A DNA stretch of 64,000 bases from Lama glama (taxonomy: Eukaryota), in the NCBI GenBank assembly GCA_028534125.1, contig CM052816.1:81904001-81968000 (forward strand). The letters run 5' to 3'. The position numbers were made by a program, and so were the translations under genes. A model generated the notes under the pieces. It searched no databases. It had not been told where the DNA came from and worked only from the letters and a program-made list of their open reading frames with translations. Positions 1 to 15,637 of the stretch are shown here, piece after piece (position 1 is the first letter of the stretch; each line of letters begins with the position of its first letter).

Positions 1-29
1 CCCCTCGTTAACACTTCTCACAATCCATA

Positions 30-170
30 CTTTGTTCTCAGCTGTCCCCCGAGAGGGCAGGGGCTTGTCTACTCCATCTCAATCATATACCCAGCGCTTA
101 GTTATGTCTGGCACATGTATGTGCTCAATAAATGTCAGCTGGCTGAGTGAGTGAATAAATGAACAAATCT
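30..170 (+). mobile_element. LINE-2 3' tail in the C5orf22 3' UTR region
   Basis: tctggcacatgtatgtgctcaataaatgtc...tgagtgaataaatgaa is the typical L2 3' terminus. Confidence 0.65.
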
Positions 171-481
171 CATACAGTCTAACCAACCTAGATGGAAGAG
201 GGGAAAAGAGGAAAGAAAAACCCTCACATAAGTGAAGGCAACAGTGACGGAAAGGAAGAAAGGTGAGCAACAGTTCCATCAACTGTGGGCAGACTTGATG
301 CCAAAAAAAATTGCTCTCATTCAACAACTCATGAAATCAGTTTGGAGATTCAAAATACCTGAAAGATTCTAACTGAAAGTTAATACACAAAGTGTTCTCT
401 GGAAGACTCATTTGCAAGTAAGTTAATGAAAACCCTGTTACTGCATCAAGATGTAGTAAGGAGCCTAGTGTTTTTTCTGTT

Positions 482-970
<489 letters not shown>

Positions 971-1287
971 CTTGACTGTTGTTTCCCTGAAAGGAGACGC
1001 TGCTTGGGAATAAATGGGGCTAATTATCTTAGTGACAGGACATCTTTCACATTCTTTTGTTACATGTACACTCAGGCTAGAAATCACAAGGGTAGAGGCT
1101 TTCTAACTGATTAAAGGGTTCTGCTTCTAAAAAACAATTTGTGAACTGCACCACTGCACAAGACCATCCACAGTGAAGTGTGTGGATGTGCTAGTGTTGG
1201 GGTTAGCTTCCTAGGTAGCATTAAGGAGAAAAGAGCAAAGTGGGGTGGGGCAGGAATCTGCATTTTGGGTCTTTCTGGAATCACCAA

Positions 1288-1787
1288 NNNNNNNNNNNNN
1301 NNNNNNNNNNNNNNNNNNNNNNNNNNNNNNNNNNNNNNNNNNNNNNNNNNNNNNNNNNNNNNNNNNNNNNNNNNNNNNNNNNNNNNNNNNNNNNNNNNNN
1401 NNNNNNNNNNNNNNNNNNNNNNNNNNNNNNNNNNNNNNNNNNNNNNNNNNNNNNNNNNNNNNNNNNNNNNNNNNNNNNNNNNNNNNNNNNNNNNNNNNNN
1501 NNNNNNNNNNNNNNNNNNNNNNNNNNNNNNNNNNNNNNNNNNNNNNNNNNNNNNNNNNNNNNNNNNNNNNNNNNNNNNNNNNNNNNNNNNNNNNNNNNNN
1601 NNNNNNNNNNNNNNNNNNNNNNNNNNNNNNNNNNNNNNNNNNNNNNNNNNNNNNNNNNNNNNNNNNNNNNNNNNNNNNNNNNNNNNNNNNNNNNNNNNNN
1701 NNNNNNNNNNNNNNNNNNNNNNNNNNNNNNNNNNNNNNNNNNNNNNNNNNNNNNNNNNNNNNNNNNNNNNNNNNNNNNNNNNNNNNN
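1288..1787. other. Assembly gap (500 N)
   Basis: N run; removes the 3' end of C5orf22 exon 8. Confidence 1.
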
Positions 1788-1861
1788 TACTCAATTTCTT
1801 GTTCTGTGCTGATGTGGTGAGGAAGTTCTGAATAGTCACAGGTTAGACCAGCCTGGTGAAC
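1788..1861 (-). CDS. C5orf22: C5orf22 coding exon 8, partial (VHQAGLTCDYSELPHHISTEQEIE...), truncated by N gap
   Basis: Acceptor tgttttcAG at 1863-1862, phase 0 continuing exon 7; runs into the gap at 1787. Confidence 0.9.
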
Positions 1862-2933
1862 CTGAAAACAAGACAATTAAAAATTGCATAGTAAGGCTTT
1901 GTTGTTTTTAGAAGATTCTTTAATAGCCTTGCTGACAAATTTTTAATATTTTTGTGGATTTGGACTGCTTTTTCCTTAATAGTTCCCATGCCAAAGAAGT
2001 TACCTAGTCCCTGAAGTTTGGGAAGAAGTGGCCTGTATACCAGTTTGGGCCTGATGTTTTTTCTAGGAATACTTCTTTAACTACTTCTTTAATTTATGAT
2101 TATAGATTCATTCAGTTTCTGCATTTACTTGAGTCTATTTTGATAATTTACATTTTCTAGCAAATTATCTATTTCACCTAGATTCTAAAAGCTGGTATAA
2201 ACCTGTACATACTATCCTCACTTTATTTTTCTTTCAACACATTATTTTATTTACTTTTTAGACACATGCAACAAATACTACATTTAAAGCTTCAAGAGGA
2301 TACAAGGGGAAGTCTTCCTTCTACCTTACTGAACCTGCAGTTACCATTTTCTTGTGTATCCTTTATGTATAACCACATACTAATATTTTATACATGTGCT
2401 TTTAAATGTAGAAGACTGGTATTCCAGTCTTAGTTCTAAACCAAATATGCCTGAGAACTAGAAGCAGTTCACAGGCTGACATTTTGCAGCCTCTGCTTTA
2501 AAGTTCCGAAAGCTGGAATTCAAGTATGTCATAGTTTTGCTTAGCATACGCAAATGCAAACCATGGAAAAAAACCCCACTAATCTGCTGTATTATTGAAG
2601 GCTCTGGATACACATCAAAGATTTAACTGGCAATGATCAGTCAATGTACTCAAATGACAGATTCTGCATGTTCTTTTCTACTAAAATGTTCTGACCTTGC
2701 AGTGACGGGTATGTCATATTTGATTACATAATGTGACCGAGCCCATGCCGCCCCTTCTCTCAATAACAATGTACAAAACCCCACCACCACCAGAAAATTT
2801 AGATGTAACGTCACGATTAAAATAAACCTACATGAAGAATGAAGACACATTCAATAATATCACGTGAGCTCAAAGTATTTTAAACTCTAAATATCCTCTA
2901 TCATTCTTAATAATTGGCATTAAAAAGAAGGGT

Positions 2934-3120
2934 GGGGGGAGGGTACAGTTCAGTGATAGAGTGCATGGTTAAAATGCACGAAATCCTGGGTTCAATCCCC
3001 AGAACCTCCATTAAAAAGCAAAGACACAAATAAACCGAATTAACTCCTCCCCACAAAAAAGCTTAGAAAAAAAAAAACAAAACCCAAACCAAAAAACCAA
3101 ATCTACATGTTAAAAAAAAA
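2934..3120 (+). mobile_element. tRNA-derived SINE, camelid Vic-1-like
   Basis: ggggagggtacagttcagtgatagag (A box), gggttcaatcccc (B box), A-rich tail, approximate TSD aagggtggg on both sides. Confidence 0.8.
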
Positions 3121-3892
3121 AGGGTGGGTTTTGAATTAGTTTTGATTTAACCAAAACACTCTTTTGCTGGTATTTTTTATTCCTATAAAGTTAGCATTAA
3201 GTCAACATCTAAGCTTCAGTTCAAATGAAGTGGTTTGAACAAAAACACAGTTTACTGAAGTAACATAAACACCAAGAAGCAAAAGAAGCAGAAGACCTGG
3301 TGGCCTGAACTCTGCCACGAAATTTGAGAAAAGGTACCTAAATTGCAAATGTGACAATTTGTGCCTCAAAGGCTGCAAAATGATATAAAAATAAGAGATT
3401 TTCATTAAAGGCATCCTCTTTTGCTGCAGCATTCAGATCACTGCCGGTAAATGAAGTTAGCTACACCAGCTAATACGGTTAAGATGCACTTGCCACAGTG
3501 CCTTCTTTTTTCTGTCTGGTGTTTACAATCTGGTTTTTCAGAGTGAGGAAAGAAAGAAGGAGGAAGGGAGTACAAAAATGAATCAATAAAGAATGAACAA
3601 ATTTCAAAATTGTATTCTTTCTTTTCTCTGGCAAGGAGAGATCTGACCACAGACAAAAAAAAAAAAAACACACAGCACTTTTGCTTCATACATAAAATTG
3701 GCAAAAGCATGTTTTTCCTGGAAAACTTTTCCAGTGTTCTGGCTTGTAAAAACTATGTATTTTTTCATTTCTTTAAAAAAAAAAAGTAATCCATTCACAC
3801 TTTCCAGGAACACAAATAAAAGTGAATCACTTTAACAAAGAGCACATGTTTTCTACCAGGAAAAAAATGCCTTTCTTAAAGGGTCGATTTTA

Positions 3893-3997
<105 letters not shown>

Positions 3998-5399
3998 TCA
4001 ATTAAACATTGCACCACCTCAACTAAAATCACAGTAGCAAATGATACATTACACTTAAAATTTACCATTAGCAATATGTTTCATATGATGCTTGGGAAAT
4101 GAAAGATAAAGTTATTCACATATCATCTTAAAATATTAAGAAATAAACATTCCCTGCTGTTTTCTTAACTACAAATTACAGTGCTAAATATTGAAAATTA
4201 GCACCCAAGAAACTGAGATTTTCTTCTTTAAAAATGGAAGTTCTACTGTGACTTTAAAATTTATTTTGAACAGCAAGAAAACTAAATGCCTTTAGTACAC
4301 TGTGATTAAAAAAAAAGACAGTTTCCTGAAAGTCTAGAAGAAAAAAAATAAGGACATTTACTGACGTACATAGTTGTAACTGGACAAGTTCTATACCATT
4401 TGATATAACAACAATGGTGGTTATAAGTTATTTAATTTAGGTGCAACTCTTTGGAAGCCCTAATTAATTACTGTTTCTAGTATTTTAATGCCCACTCATT
4501 TGCTGGAAGGAAAAAAAAATAAAGAAGAAAGGGAGACATGGAGGCCTGTCATCCCATTACCTCCTCGTTTTCATTAATGACACTTTTGGGCATCTGGACC
4601 CTAATCACCCACCTCCTCTATTTCTTAGGAATAGTGATGACTCCTTCATGCTACGGGGTCTGGCCCTTTAGGGGCATGGTAAGTCTGGGGAGATTTTCCC
4701 TGCTCTCTTACTTTTCCTTTGTGCTATTCTTTTTTCCCCCAGTTCCAATCAGTCTTAACTCACCACTGCTGTGGCTCTGTTGTTTCTTCACGTCTGCGGC
4801 AGAAGTGCCTGCAGGTGGTGAAGTGCTAACTGGGGATGCTGTGCAGGCTTGGTGGGTGTCAGTGGAAGGTGGCCCCGTCTATGGGCTAGATTCAGGATTC
4901 TACAGTTGACAGGCTATTTGTTTGTTTTGTTTTGTTTAAGTTTTATACTTGGCTTGAGACTTCACAAAATCACAAATTAGCAGGTACTCTTCAATATTCC
5001 CGGGAAGAATTATGTTCTGTGACTAATTTCTAAATCTCTCTCTTCCATCACAATTTCCAAAAGGAGGGAATCAGTTTTAGAACTAGCTCCCTCTACTGAA
5101 GAGAAGCATTAACTTATGTTAAAGTGCCTGGTCCATTTTGCTGGTATGATTACTACTACTCGGGCTTATTCTTCCATACCACTGCTTTCCTTACTGATGA
5201 TAAAGTATCGTATTGGTATTTCAGATATGTTTCTGAATATTTTATTTTTAAGTAAAAATTGCACTGAATACTTTGAGTAGGTAATACATACATATAGCTA
5301 AAGAAGATACTAATTTTTAAAAAGCAATCTAAGTAGCAAATTTAGCAATATATTTAGGATTAAAATACAGAGTTGGAGAAAAAAAAAATTGAGGTCTTA

Positions 5400-5561
<162 letters not shown>

Positions 5562-5684
5562 TCAAAATACAAGTGAAATGCCATCACAATGAAAATCTCA
5601 GTTCAATTAGTTAAAACATGATTTTCAAGTACGAATTATGGGCTTCCCCAAGAAACACACACAAAGATTTTGGACCATTGTTTA

Positions 5685-5942
<258 letters not shown>

Positions 5943-6635
5943 CTAGTCTGGGAAAACCAGGCAAAATGTATCATATTTCATTGTACATATTATCATTTCT
6001 TTAGGGTAACTCTATCCAGCTAGGCATGACAAGAATGTATAAGAATCAGCTATGGAAGAAGACTTGATGGCTAATAGGTAATGAGATGAAAGTATTTCTA
6101 ATAATATTCCACTTCATAAATGGATACATTCTAGGACCTAAACAGCTTTTAGCTATTCACTGGCAATATGCACATCTTTAATAACAACAGTAACAAAATT
6201 CTCCTTGTTGACTTTGTAGCCCTTTCCCTAGACACAGAGGAGAACTCTGGAGTACAAAGGCTGTCTTGCAGGAGAGGATGGACTTTGGATAGAATGGAAA
6301 GGTTCTGTGGGAAACTGTCTTCCCTCAGTTAGCACAGCTGGACAGCCCCATTATAGGCAAGTATATCTGACCCCAATAATTCTATTTAGGAGCAATAATC
6401 CTACTGTCAGGAAGAGGTTACAGGCAAGATCTAAAGTTCCTTAAGCATGATGCTGTGGCACTGTCTTCATCATAACAATCCTATGAGTTGGGTATGATTA
6501 TTATTTTGATTTTATACTTGAAGAAATTGTGGGTCAGAAAGGTTAAGTAAGTTATAAGGCAATACTGATGTTAAGTACTGACAGATGATTCATCTTACAA
6601 ACCTGATGTAAACTTACAGTATTGATAAATATAGT

Positions 6636-6887
6636 ACAGTACTGTAAATGTATTTTCCTTAACATTTTCTTTTCTCTAGCTTACTTATTGTGAGAATATA
6701 GCATGTAATACATATAACATACAAAACATGTGTTAATTTACTGTTTATGTTATCAGTAAGGCTTCCAGTCAACAGCAGGCTATTAGTAATTAAATTTAGG
6801 GGAGTTAAAAATTCAGCTATATGTGGCTTTTTGACTACACAGGGGGTTGGGACCCTCAATCCCCTTGTTGTTCAAGGATCAACTGTA
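6636..6887. mobile_element. Tigger1-like DNA transposon end fragment
   Basis: Ends ttgttcaaggatcaactgta (Tigger1-type TIR + TA); internal gtaaggcttccagtcaacagcaggctattagta. Confidence 0.8.
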
Positions 6888-7447
6888 AATTCTCAAATCT
6901 CTGCTGTTTTTAATCAGTACCCACTAGAGGTCTTTGATAATTTAGATACATCACAATGGCTTCCGATACGTATACAGAACAGGATTGTGAAGTACAGCAT
7001 CATCCTCACCATCAATCAAGTACTGAGCTTAGGGAGAGAAAAGACAGTTAATTTGAATCCCCGAAAGAACAGACCTGGAACAACCTCCCAAATATTACGG
7101 TAAGCAGTTACATGTACCCATAAAATGCGCTTGGGAATCGTCACTGGGATCATGAATTTATCATAGACCATTCCATCTCAGATCTGTGCACACTAACATT
7201 GTCGGTGACAGGCATTTGAGACCTGGTGAGGTACCCTAAGCATCACAGCTACAAAGAGTGTCTGTGTAATCGGGCACCTTACTGTTTAGTGAGAAATTTG
7301 TCATATAGGGTTTTATATACACAGAATATCCCGGGAAAGATATACCAAGAAACTAGCCACCGTATTTGTTTGTGAGGTAAGAAATTGAGGGAATGGGGAT
7401 GGGGTAAGAGAGTGAAATCCTTTAATGTGTACACTTTCTTGTACCAC

Positions 7448-7635
7448 AGTTGACCATGGAATAACATATGGGTTTGAACTGTGCGGGTCCACTTACATAC
7501 AGGGTTTTTTCAATGGTCCGAGGTCGGGTGAATTCTCAGATATGGAATCACGGATACTGAGGGCCCACTATAAAGTCATATGCAGATTTTTGACTGTGTG
7601 GAGGGTTGGTGCCCCAACCCCCATGTTCTTCAACC
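7448..7635. mobile_element. Tigger-family non-autonomous element
   Basis: Starts cagttgaccatggaataacatatgggtttgaactgtgcgggtccacttac; its end resembles 6815-6880. Confidence 0.75.
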
Positions 7636-7690
7636 ATCCACGTACACATTACCCCAATTAATAAATGCAAAATAATGAATATCATCTAGA

Positions 7691-7870
7691 GCAGGGATTA
7701 GCAACCTATGGCCTCCAACCTGTTTTGTATAACCCTCCAGTTAAGGATGGTATAGACAATTTCAAAGGGTATAAAACCAATAACAAAGGAGAATATGTGA
7801 CAGAGACCACATGGGGCCCCCATAAAGTAATTGCTATCTGGCTGTTTGCAGAAAGTTTGCTGATCCCTGA
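7691..7870. mobile_element. MER58-like hAT-Charlie MITE
   Basis: TIR pair cagggattagcaa ... ttgctgatccctg; internal gacagagaccacatgg. Confidence 0.75.
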
Positions 7871-7896
7871 CCTAGAGAAATGTCATGCAATTCTCA

Positions 7897-8379
<483 letters not shown>

Positions 8380-8439
8380 TTAGAGATGAATGGACAAATT
8401 AGTCAACATCTCAGAAAGAATTTCAGCAATGTAAGAAAG

Positions 8440-8885
8440 GACATATTTGGCAAAAACTGAGACCTGTCTCTGATAGTTGCACTTCCTATCCTTCTATGGA
8501 AACAGGGTTCCCCAAATTTTTTGCTGGGCACACAACTGCCCAAAGTAAAGACAGAATTTCATAATCTATGTTGTAGGTTAAGTTTGGCCACCTGACTGCA
8601 TTCTGGCCAAAAGCTGTGAGTGGAAAAGAAGCGAACAGAGGCTTGCTCTCCCCTTCCCAGTAACTGGCACATGAACATGGCAGCAGCAAGCCCAGCCTGG
8701 ACCATGAAGACAAAGGCACTCCAGAGATGGTGGTGCAAAAAGATGGAAGAAACAGAGGTTCCCCAAACTGCAGGGCCATCACAATGGCCCTAGACTGTGT
8801 GTGGTAAACTCTAACATGAGAAAGGAATAAATGATCTTGTTTAGCCAGTGCACTGGATCGCTCTCAAACCAGTGGAAACTGTGTC
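8440..8885. mobile_element. MLT1-type MaLR LTR relic
   Basis: Motifs tggccacctgactgcattctggccaa, gcagcagcaagcccagcctggaccatgaag, aataaatgatcttgtttagcca. Confidence 0.55.
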
Positions 8886-10518
8886 CAAAAAGTCACCTAA
8901 GAGAAAGATTATATAACTTCTCTTAATAGAAGCTCCCTCTGACATATTTCAAAGTTTCATTAAATTTTATATAACTGTAACATTTCAATATGAAAAGCAA
9001 CTTTAAAAAAATCTTGCGCATGTGTAGAATGTATTTCACAAGTTACAGATCCCTGACTTTAGACATATTAGCATAATTTAGCTTCTCAATTATATTATGT
9101 CTCAGTAAATACCTTAAAAAGTGAAACCAAATGCTTCTTCCAGAGGTAGGCTCTATCCAATAAAAATAATGGTTAATATTTATTTCCCACCCATCCTCTT
9201 CCAATATTTACAGTCTTAAATTTAAAAAGATACAATTTTCCAAGAAAAGATTAATGACAATGAAACCAATGTCTAGGCTTATTAAAAACTGTACCATCCT
9301 AAGAATGACAAAGGTGGTATCCCCAACCTAAATCAGTATTTTTCTTTAATAATGAACATTTTATTTTGTTCATATCCGTACAAACACACACATACAGCTC
9401 AGACTGTATGCCTATATGACTGTCTCTTCCATAAATTTTTACTTGAAGGATTAATTAAAATCATGAGATAATCAAAATCTTCCTAATACTGTTATCACAC
9501 ATTGAATTTTAAACATCTCTTTCAGTTTGCTCAAAATTATTTGATTTTGCAAAAATCTGTTATAGGTTAAATAAGGCCTAATCACTGAAGTATTCAATAA
9601 AAACCCTACCACTCTTTCATATAAACCAGTATTATACATAATACTTATTATATGTGGAGCCCTATTCATTTATTATTATATCTTCAATGAAAACAATTTT
9701 TATTTATACATAAGAAAAGTTATTTGTGCCATTGACAAGAATATACAACAAAAGTTAATTATATCATTAAGGATAAATTAGAGATAAAAATTATCATTTT
9801 CAGTGAGAAAGACTGTATTTCATTTTCAATGTATTACCATTTCATCCCAGTATCCTTCAGGTTCTAGAAAGTTATGATTCCACTGCTTAAAACAATCTCC
9901 TCATAACAAGAGAATTTATAAAGCCAAGAACTTTCTGATTATTTCTAAAGATACTATAGTATTACAAGATACACAAAACATTGGTTGGTTTATACAACAA
10001 AAAAAGCTGCACATACAACTCCAGTCAGAGGATGCTGTTATCTAAATCAGATTAAGTAATTATCTCTAGCCAATCATATCAATAAAATTAAAACCCTAAG
10101 TCGACTTTTCAGCCATTGAATTTATGAAAAAAAACCAAAGTGAGATAATTTTGCTTTTTCACTGCTGTTAAATTCAGCAGACAAAAGTTACAATGGAAGG
10201 AAATAATAAAGTGTATCATTAAATATATAAATCTATAAGGTACTTTAACAATTTAATGGAGTTAGTCATCAATGGAGCCAGAATTGCAGATGATCAGATT
10301 ATTCAAAAACCAATTTGACCAGCAACAAAATACAAACGGTGTGTGAAAAGGTCAAGAGACTTGAAAACGTGTTCCTGGTGTTTCAAGAACTCTTTTTGGA
10401 AGAGATGAGGGATAATCTGGCATCATCTGTGTGTAGAGATACTTAAAAGTTATTACAGGGACCCAAAATCAGATAGAAGCATTCAATCCCTTTCATACTC
10501 ATAAATATGAGGAAACTA

Positions 10519-10749
<231 letters not shown>

Positions 10750-10757
10750 TTAAGACT

Positions 10758-11725
10758 GCAGGTCTTAAAAGTGTAGTCCAAGGACCCTGGGTTGGGGGGG
10801 AGTTCCTGAGACTTTTTCAGGGTGACCACTAGTTCAAAACCATTTTCCTAGTAACACCAAGGCACTATTTCCCTTTTTCATTGTATTGTATTTGCACTGA
10901 TGGTACAAAGCAATGGAGGTTGATATCCCAAGATTAATCAAGGCCAAGGCACCAAACTCTACCAGTCACTGTATCTGTCACTACTAAGCACAGTGTCCCC
11001 CACCCCCAACCTAAGCCAGTTTGATGTGAGAATGTCCTTCATGATTTTATTAAAACTTGATCCTGATTATAAATTTTTAAATAATCTGTGTGGCAAACTG
11101 GGATGTGCACAGAAAACACCTCTGCTACATACTTTGAAGTACAGCGGTTGTCTTGAGGAAAAGCACTTGTAATTGAATTACAAGCTGAATACTATTTTTC
11201 TTGAAAGAAAGACTGACTTATAAACCATAGTTGTTGAGACTTGAATCTGAATTGCTGGCTTCTATATTCCAACTAAGGTTTAAGAAACGACCGCTTGTCA
11301 AGTTTGTCAAGTTTGGGTATAGTATTAAAGAGTATTCACATTTATCTGAAAAGCCTATGAAAATACTCTTCCTGAATTTTCTTCATATAGTTCCACCAAA
11401 ACAACATATGGTAACTGACTGAATGCAGATATGAGAATCCAGCTGTCTTCTACAAAGGCTGAATAAAAAGATCCACACAAATTTAAACACTGTTACTCTT
11501 CTAAGTTTTTTTTGCTTTAGAAAATATATTTGTTTCTCATAAAAATATCTTATTTATGTTAATATAAAGGTCTATTATTTTGAAATGAATTAATATTTTA
11601 AACATTCACAATTTTAACTTCAAATATGGAAAATATCAATAGATATAACTAACCCACATTAGGAAAAAACTCAAGCATTTTTAAGGGTATAAGGAATCCC
11701 AAGACTAAAAGTTCAGGAACTATTA
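10758..11725. mobile_element. Charlie1-family hAT transposon relic
   Basis: Left end tcttaaaagtgtagtccaaggaccctggg...cctgagactttttcaggg; internal ttgcactgatggtacaaagcaatgg and gatatgagaatccagctgtcttcta. Confidence 0.75.
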
Positions 11726-12391
11726 TGCTACAACTAATTGTACAGTCTGTATGCCTGCTTCGTAATTCTTTTCAATTTCTAAAATATAAAACCTCTAAAT
11801 ATAAAAGACAGTATGGACAATGGTAGAACTACCATATTTCTTTAGAAATTAGTGCTCTGAGTTGTGGCTTCAGAAAAAGTCACCTAAAAGAAATATAGCA
11901 GGCTAAAATTAATTCACAAAGCATCTATCTGTTAATTTTACATTAGAACAGGAAAATTACAGCTATATAACTTTTTATATTGTATGATAGGCAACATTAT
12001 AAAAAATACATAAGTAAAGAGATAGTGACAGAATTTCAGGGACCTTTATTACTGAAGAGAGGCTAGTAAGTCATTATTTAGAGATATACTAGGTATGTCC
12101 TTCCTAAAGAATGGAGTACAAATTACTAATTTTACTTGCAAGTCTATGATTCTATATAACAGAGTCAATAAGATTTGTGGCCTGAAAATAAACAAATTGG
12201 GAAGTTGGAGGGACTTAATACTGGAAGGACACACAAATTAAAAGACGTGTTGCTTATACAATTATTGAACCATGTGTTTAAGACACATTTTCTTGGGCCT
12301 CAGTATCTAGACTTCTAAAGGGGAGAGGAAGGGAGAACTGGCTCAGATAATTTCTAAAGTTTCCTCTACTTCTAAAAGTCTATATGCTAAA

Positions 12392-12596
12392 GCAGAGGTT
12401 GGCAAACATTGGCTGGGCCACCTGTTTTCATAAATGAAGTTTAAAGGGACCACAGCCACTGCCACTTGTTTAGGTAGTGTTTACGGCTTCTCTGACACTA
12501 CAAGCGCAGAAATAAACAGTTGCAACAGAGACCGTATGGCCAGCAAAACTAAAATATTTACTATCTGGCTCCTTAAGAAAAAGTTTGACCATCTCC
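12392..12596. mobile_element. MER58A-like MITE
   Basis: cagaggttggcaaac...gttgcaacagagaccgtatggcc...aaaatatttactatctggc...aaaagtttgacc. Confidence 0.8.
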
Positions 12597-12727
12597 ATTA
12601 AAAAGGCAAACAAAACAAAAGCAAAACTCATGAGTTTAGCAAAGAACTATCTCCCTTAATTGCTTATTATCTACCGCAAAATTGTATTTCAGGCACATAA
12701 AAGATCATTAACAAATATCACATATTA

Positions 12728-12925
<198 letters not shown>

Positions 12926-13394
12926 TTAACTGCAGGCTGGAAAACGATGCTAACATAACTAACTGCACACAATCTGAAGCATACCAACTCGTTTAAAAGG
13001 AGCAAGATACAAACTTTGTTCATTGTAGATGGTCTAGTTAATTATTTCAAGCTTTATTTTTCCCTCAGAACTTTTTGAGTTACACCTCCAAAGGCTTTAA
13101 TGGGCATCTTTTACAGGCACGTTGCCCCCTCCACAAACTCAAAGATTCGTGGGGAAACAGACAAGTGGTGGCACTCAGGAAAAAAAAAAAAACCCCACAA
13201 CTCCTCGTTAATACACATTCTGGCATGAGAAATGAGTTCAAGCTACCCGGAGTCTCCGGACCTTTTCCATACCTTCAGGATAGTAGTGCTGGGCTGGGTG
13301 GTCTGTACGGCTCTAGAGTTCTAAGACTAAGATTGAATTTGAAACACTGCCTAACCCACACTTGCTTTCTCTGAGACCCATACACACCATCACA

Positions 13395-13426
13395 ACACAC
13401 ACACACACACACACACACACCCACAC
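13395..13426. repeat. (CA)n microsatellite
   Basis: Direct reading, about 13 uninterrupted units plus an interrupted tail. Confidence 0.95.
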
Positions 13427-14013
13427 CCCTCTCTAGGTCCTGAGAAATCCAACTTCCTTCTTATTCTCTTAACTGTATCCATCCATAAATCCGGAATCAC
13501 CCTCTTGCTCTTTAAATCCAAAGACCTCCCAAGCTTATTAATGCTATTTAAAAAAAAAAGTCTTAGATCCACGGGCCTGCCTCGTAGGCTTCCAGAAGTC
13601 TAGATTAGGGCACCATTTTTTTTTGGCTAAAATAACACTACTATAAAAACAAAATACCTTTAGTGTTCATAAACGCGGGGCACCGTGTGAAAATATTTAT
13701 GCACACACTATGCACACAATAATACTGCTAACGGCTCTAAGAATGTTATTTCGTCCCCATTTCAGATGACACCTCACATTCTTAACAGAAAGCCTCCCAC
13801 CTATACAGCAGGACTGTGACGGAGACGCCGGCTGACAGCAGAAAGCCCGCGTTTATGTGCAGGTTAAGGATGCGGGGCTTTGCAGTCAGCCTGCGTTCGA
13901 ATTCCGATGCCACCGGTTGTTGGCTGTGGGATTCTGGGCAAAATGCGAGGGTTAAATGAGTTGCCCGACACATAAAGCGCCTCATAAATGTTAGCGCTTA
14001 TTCTTCCAAGCTA

Positions 14014-14256
<243 letters not shown>

Positions 14257-14529
14257 TCAGAGAGAGGGAGGCGCGGGGCGAGGACCCCGGAATGCCGGCT
14301 ACGATCCCGCCGCCTCTCCCGGGTGGAAACGCGCGCTCACCCGGTTGTGGTTCCGGGTTGGAGGACGTAGGGGTTAGGGGGAGGGCGCCGGAGGGTTTGA
14401 CGAAAGCTATTGGCTCAGATGTCCATCGCTCTTGTTGATGCGCCAATCACCGCGCACGAGGCGCGGCGGCGTGCCCAAGAGCTTTCCCTCCTGTGGTCCA
14501 TCTTTCTCAGGTTGCGTTTTAATTGTCTC

Positions 14530-14633
14530 GGTTTCCTGTTCCGGAGGCGCGGGCGGCGCTCGGGTCTTGGCGGCTGCTCTTTAAGTCTGGCTTTGGTCTG
14601 TCGGCGACCTCGCGGCCCGAGAGCCTCTTGTAG
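14530..14633 (+). other. DROSHA: DROSHA non-coding exon 1 (5' end approximate)
   Basis: Donor TAG|GTaaaa at 14634; ...cgacctcgcggcccgagagcctcttgtag resembles my recall of the human DROSHA leader. The TSS cannot be fixed from sequence. Confidence 0.7.
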
Positions 14634-15637
14634 GTAAAAGGGGCAGCTTGTGGGTGTTGAAAGAGGGAGTTTAACCGAGTGTCCGGATTTAAACAGGGCT
14701 GGAGGCTGGGGCCAGGGCGAGAGGCACCTGGGAGTTAGGATCGCGCAGCCCCTCTTCAGATACGCAGCTAAGGGAAAAAAGCGACCCTAGGCCCGGGTTC
14801 CGCAAATAAATAGAGAAAAACGAGACCTTTCATTCATTGTTGAGCGCGTGCGGTGGTCCACGCCTGGGGCCGCCCAGGTCTCGGAGGGGAGTGAGACCCC
14901 AAGCTTGTCTTCTGGGACTCACAGTCTGGCGAGAGATGTAAATGGGGAAACGCAATTACTAATCAGCCAGACAAAGATAACCGGCTTGTGGATTCAGCTG
15001 GGCAAAGACGATGTTAATAAAAAGGAAGTCAGACTTTGCAGCTCTTTCTACCTAGACTGATGTTCCTGGACGTGTTAACATGCAGAACAGCTCCCTCAGT
15101 TTCCCTGCTTCCAAATGGCAACTTAGGAGTAGGCAGACACAGAAAATAATTACTTTTCCAGTTGCAGCGAGTTCCTTGACTTTTGAATTAAAGTTTGCAT
15201 TCGCGACACAGCCTAACTATGTCTTTAATAGATCAGTTTCATCAGTGTTTTCAGATATTCTATCTGTAGACACACCCATGAGGATCTAATAGTGAATGTT
15301 TGACAACAGTTCGACAACACCTGTACAAGGGTGTTGGTGATCCTGTTGCCCACCTCTAGATTCAGTACACTCCTTTGTGTTCCCCCAAACCCTGTGTATA
15401 CCTCTTGTGTTTATCATATATAATTTTTAAAAAGGAGATATATCTTGAGTTCCATGGGTTATGTGTCTTACTCATCTTTGGGTGCTCAGGGCCTGTGACA
15501 TGTATAGGCTCATTAAATGTTGTATGAATCAGTGAAAAGTCCTGCTTTTGGTCTGGTTTTGGTAGTGTGGCTCTCCTGTGGACATATGCAGTAGGGAAAT
15601 GTACAGTAGCAACATAGAAATATATGCCATTGGTGAG

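Noticed and set aside
1111..1876. Long ORFs of 190-242 aa
   Set aside because: Artefacts of translating through the N gap; only 1788-1861 (-) is real exon.
2934..3010. tRNA-like A/B boxes
   Set aside because: Followed by an A-rich tail and TSD with no acceptor stem; a SINE, not a tRNA gene.
4538..4909. 123-aa plus-strand ORF inside a C5orf22 intron
   Set aside because: No recognisable domain, low-complexity hydrophobic composition, no supporting exon structure.
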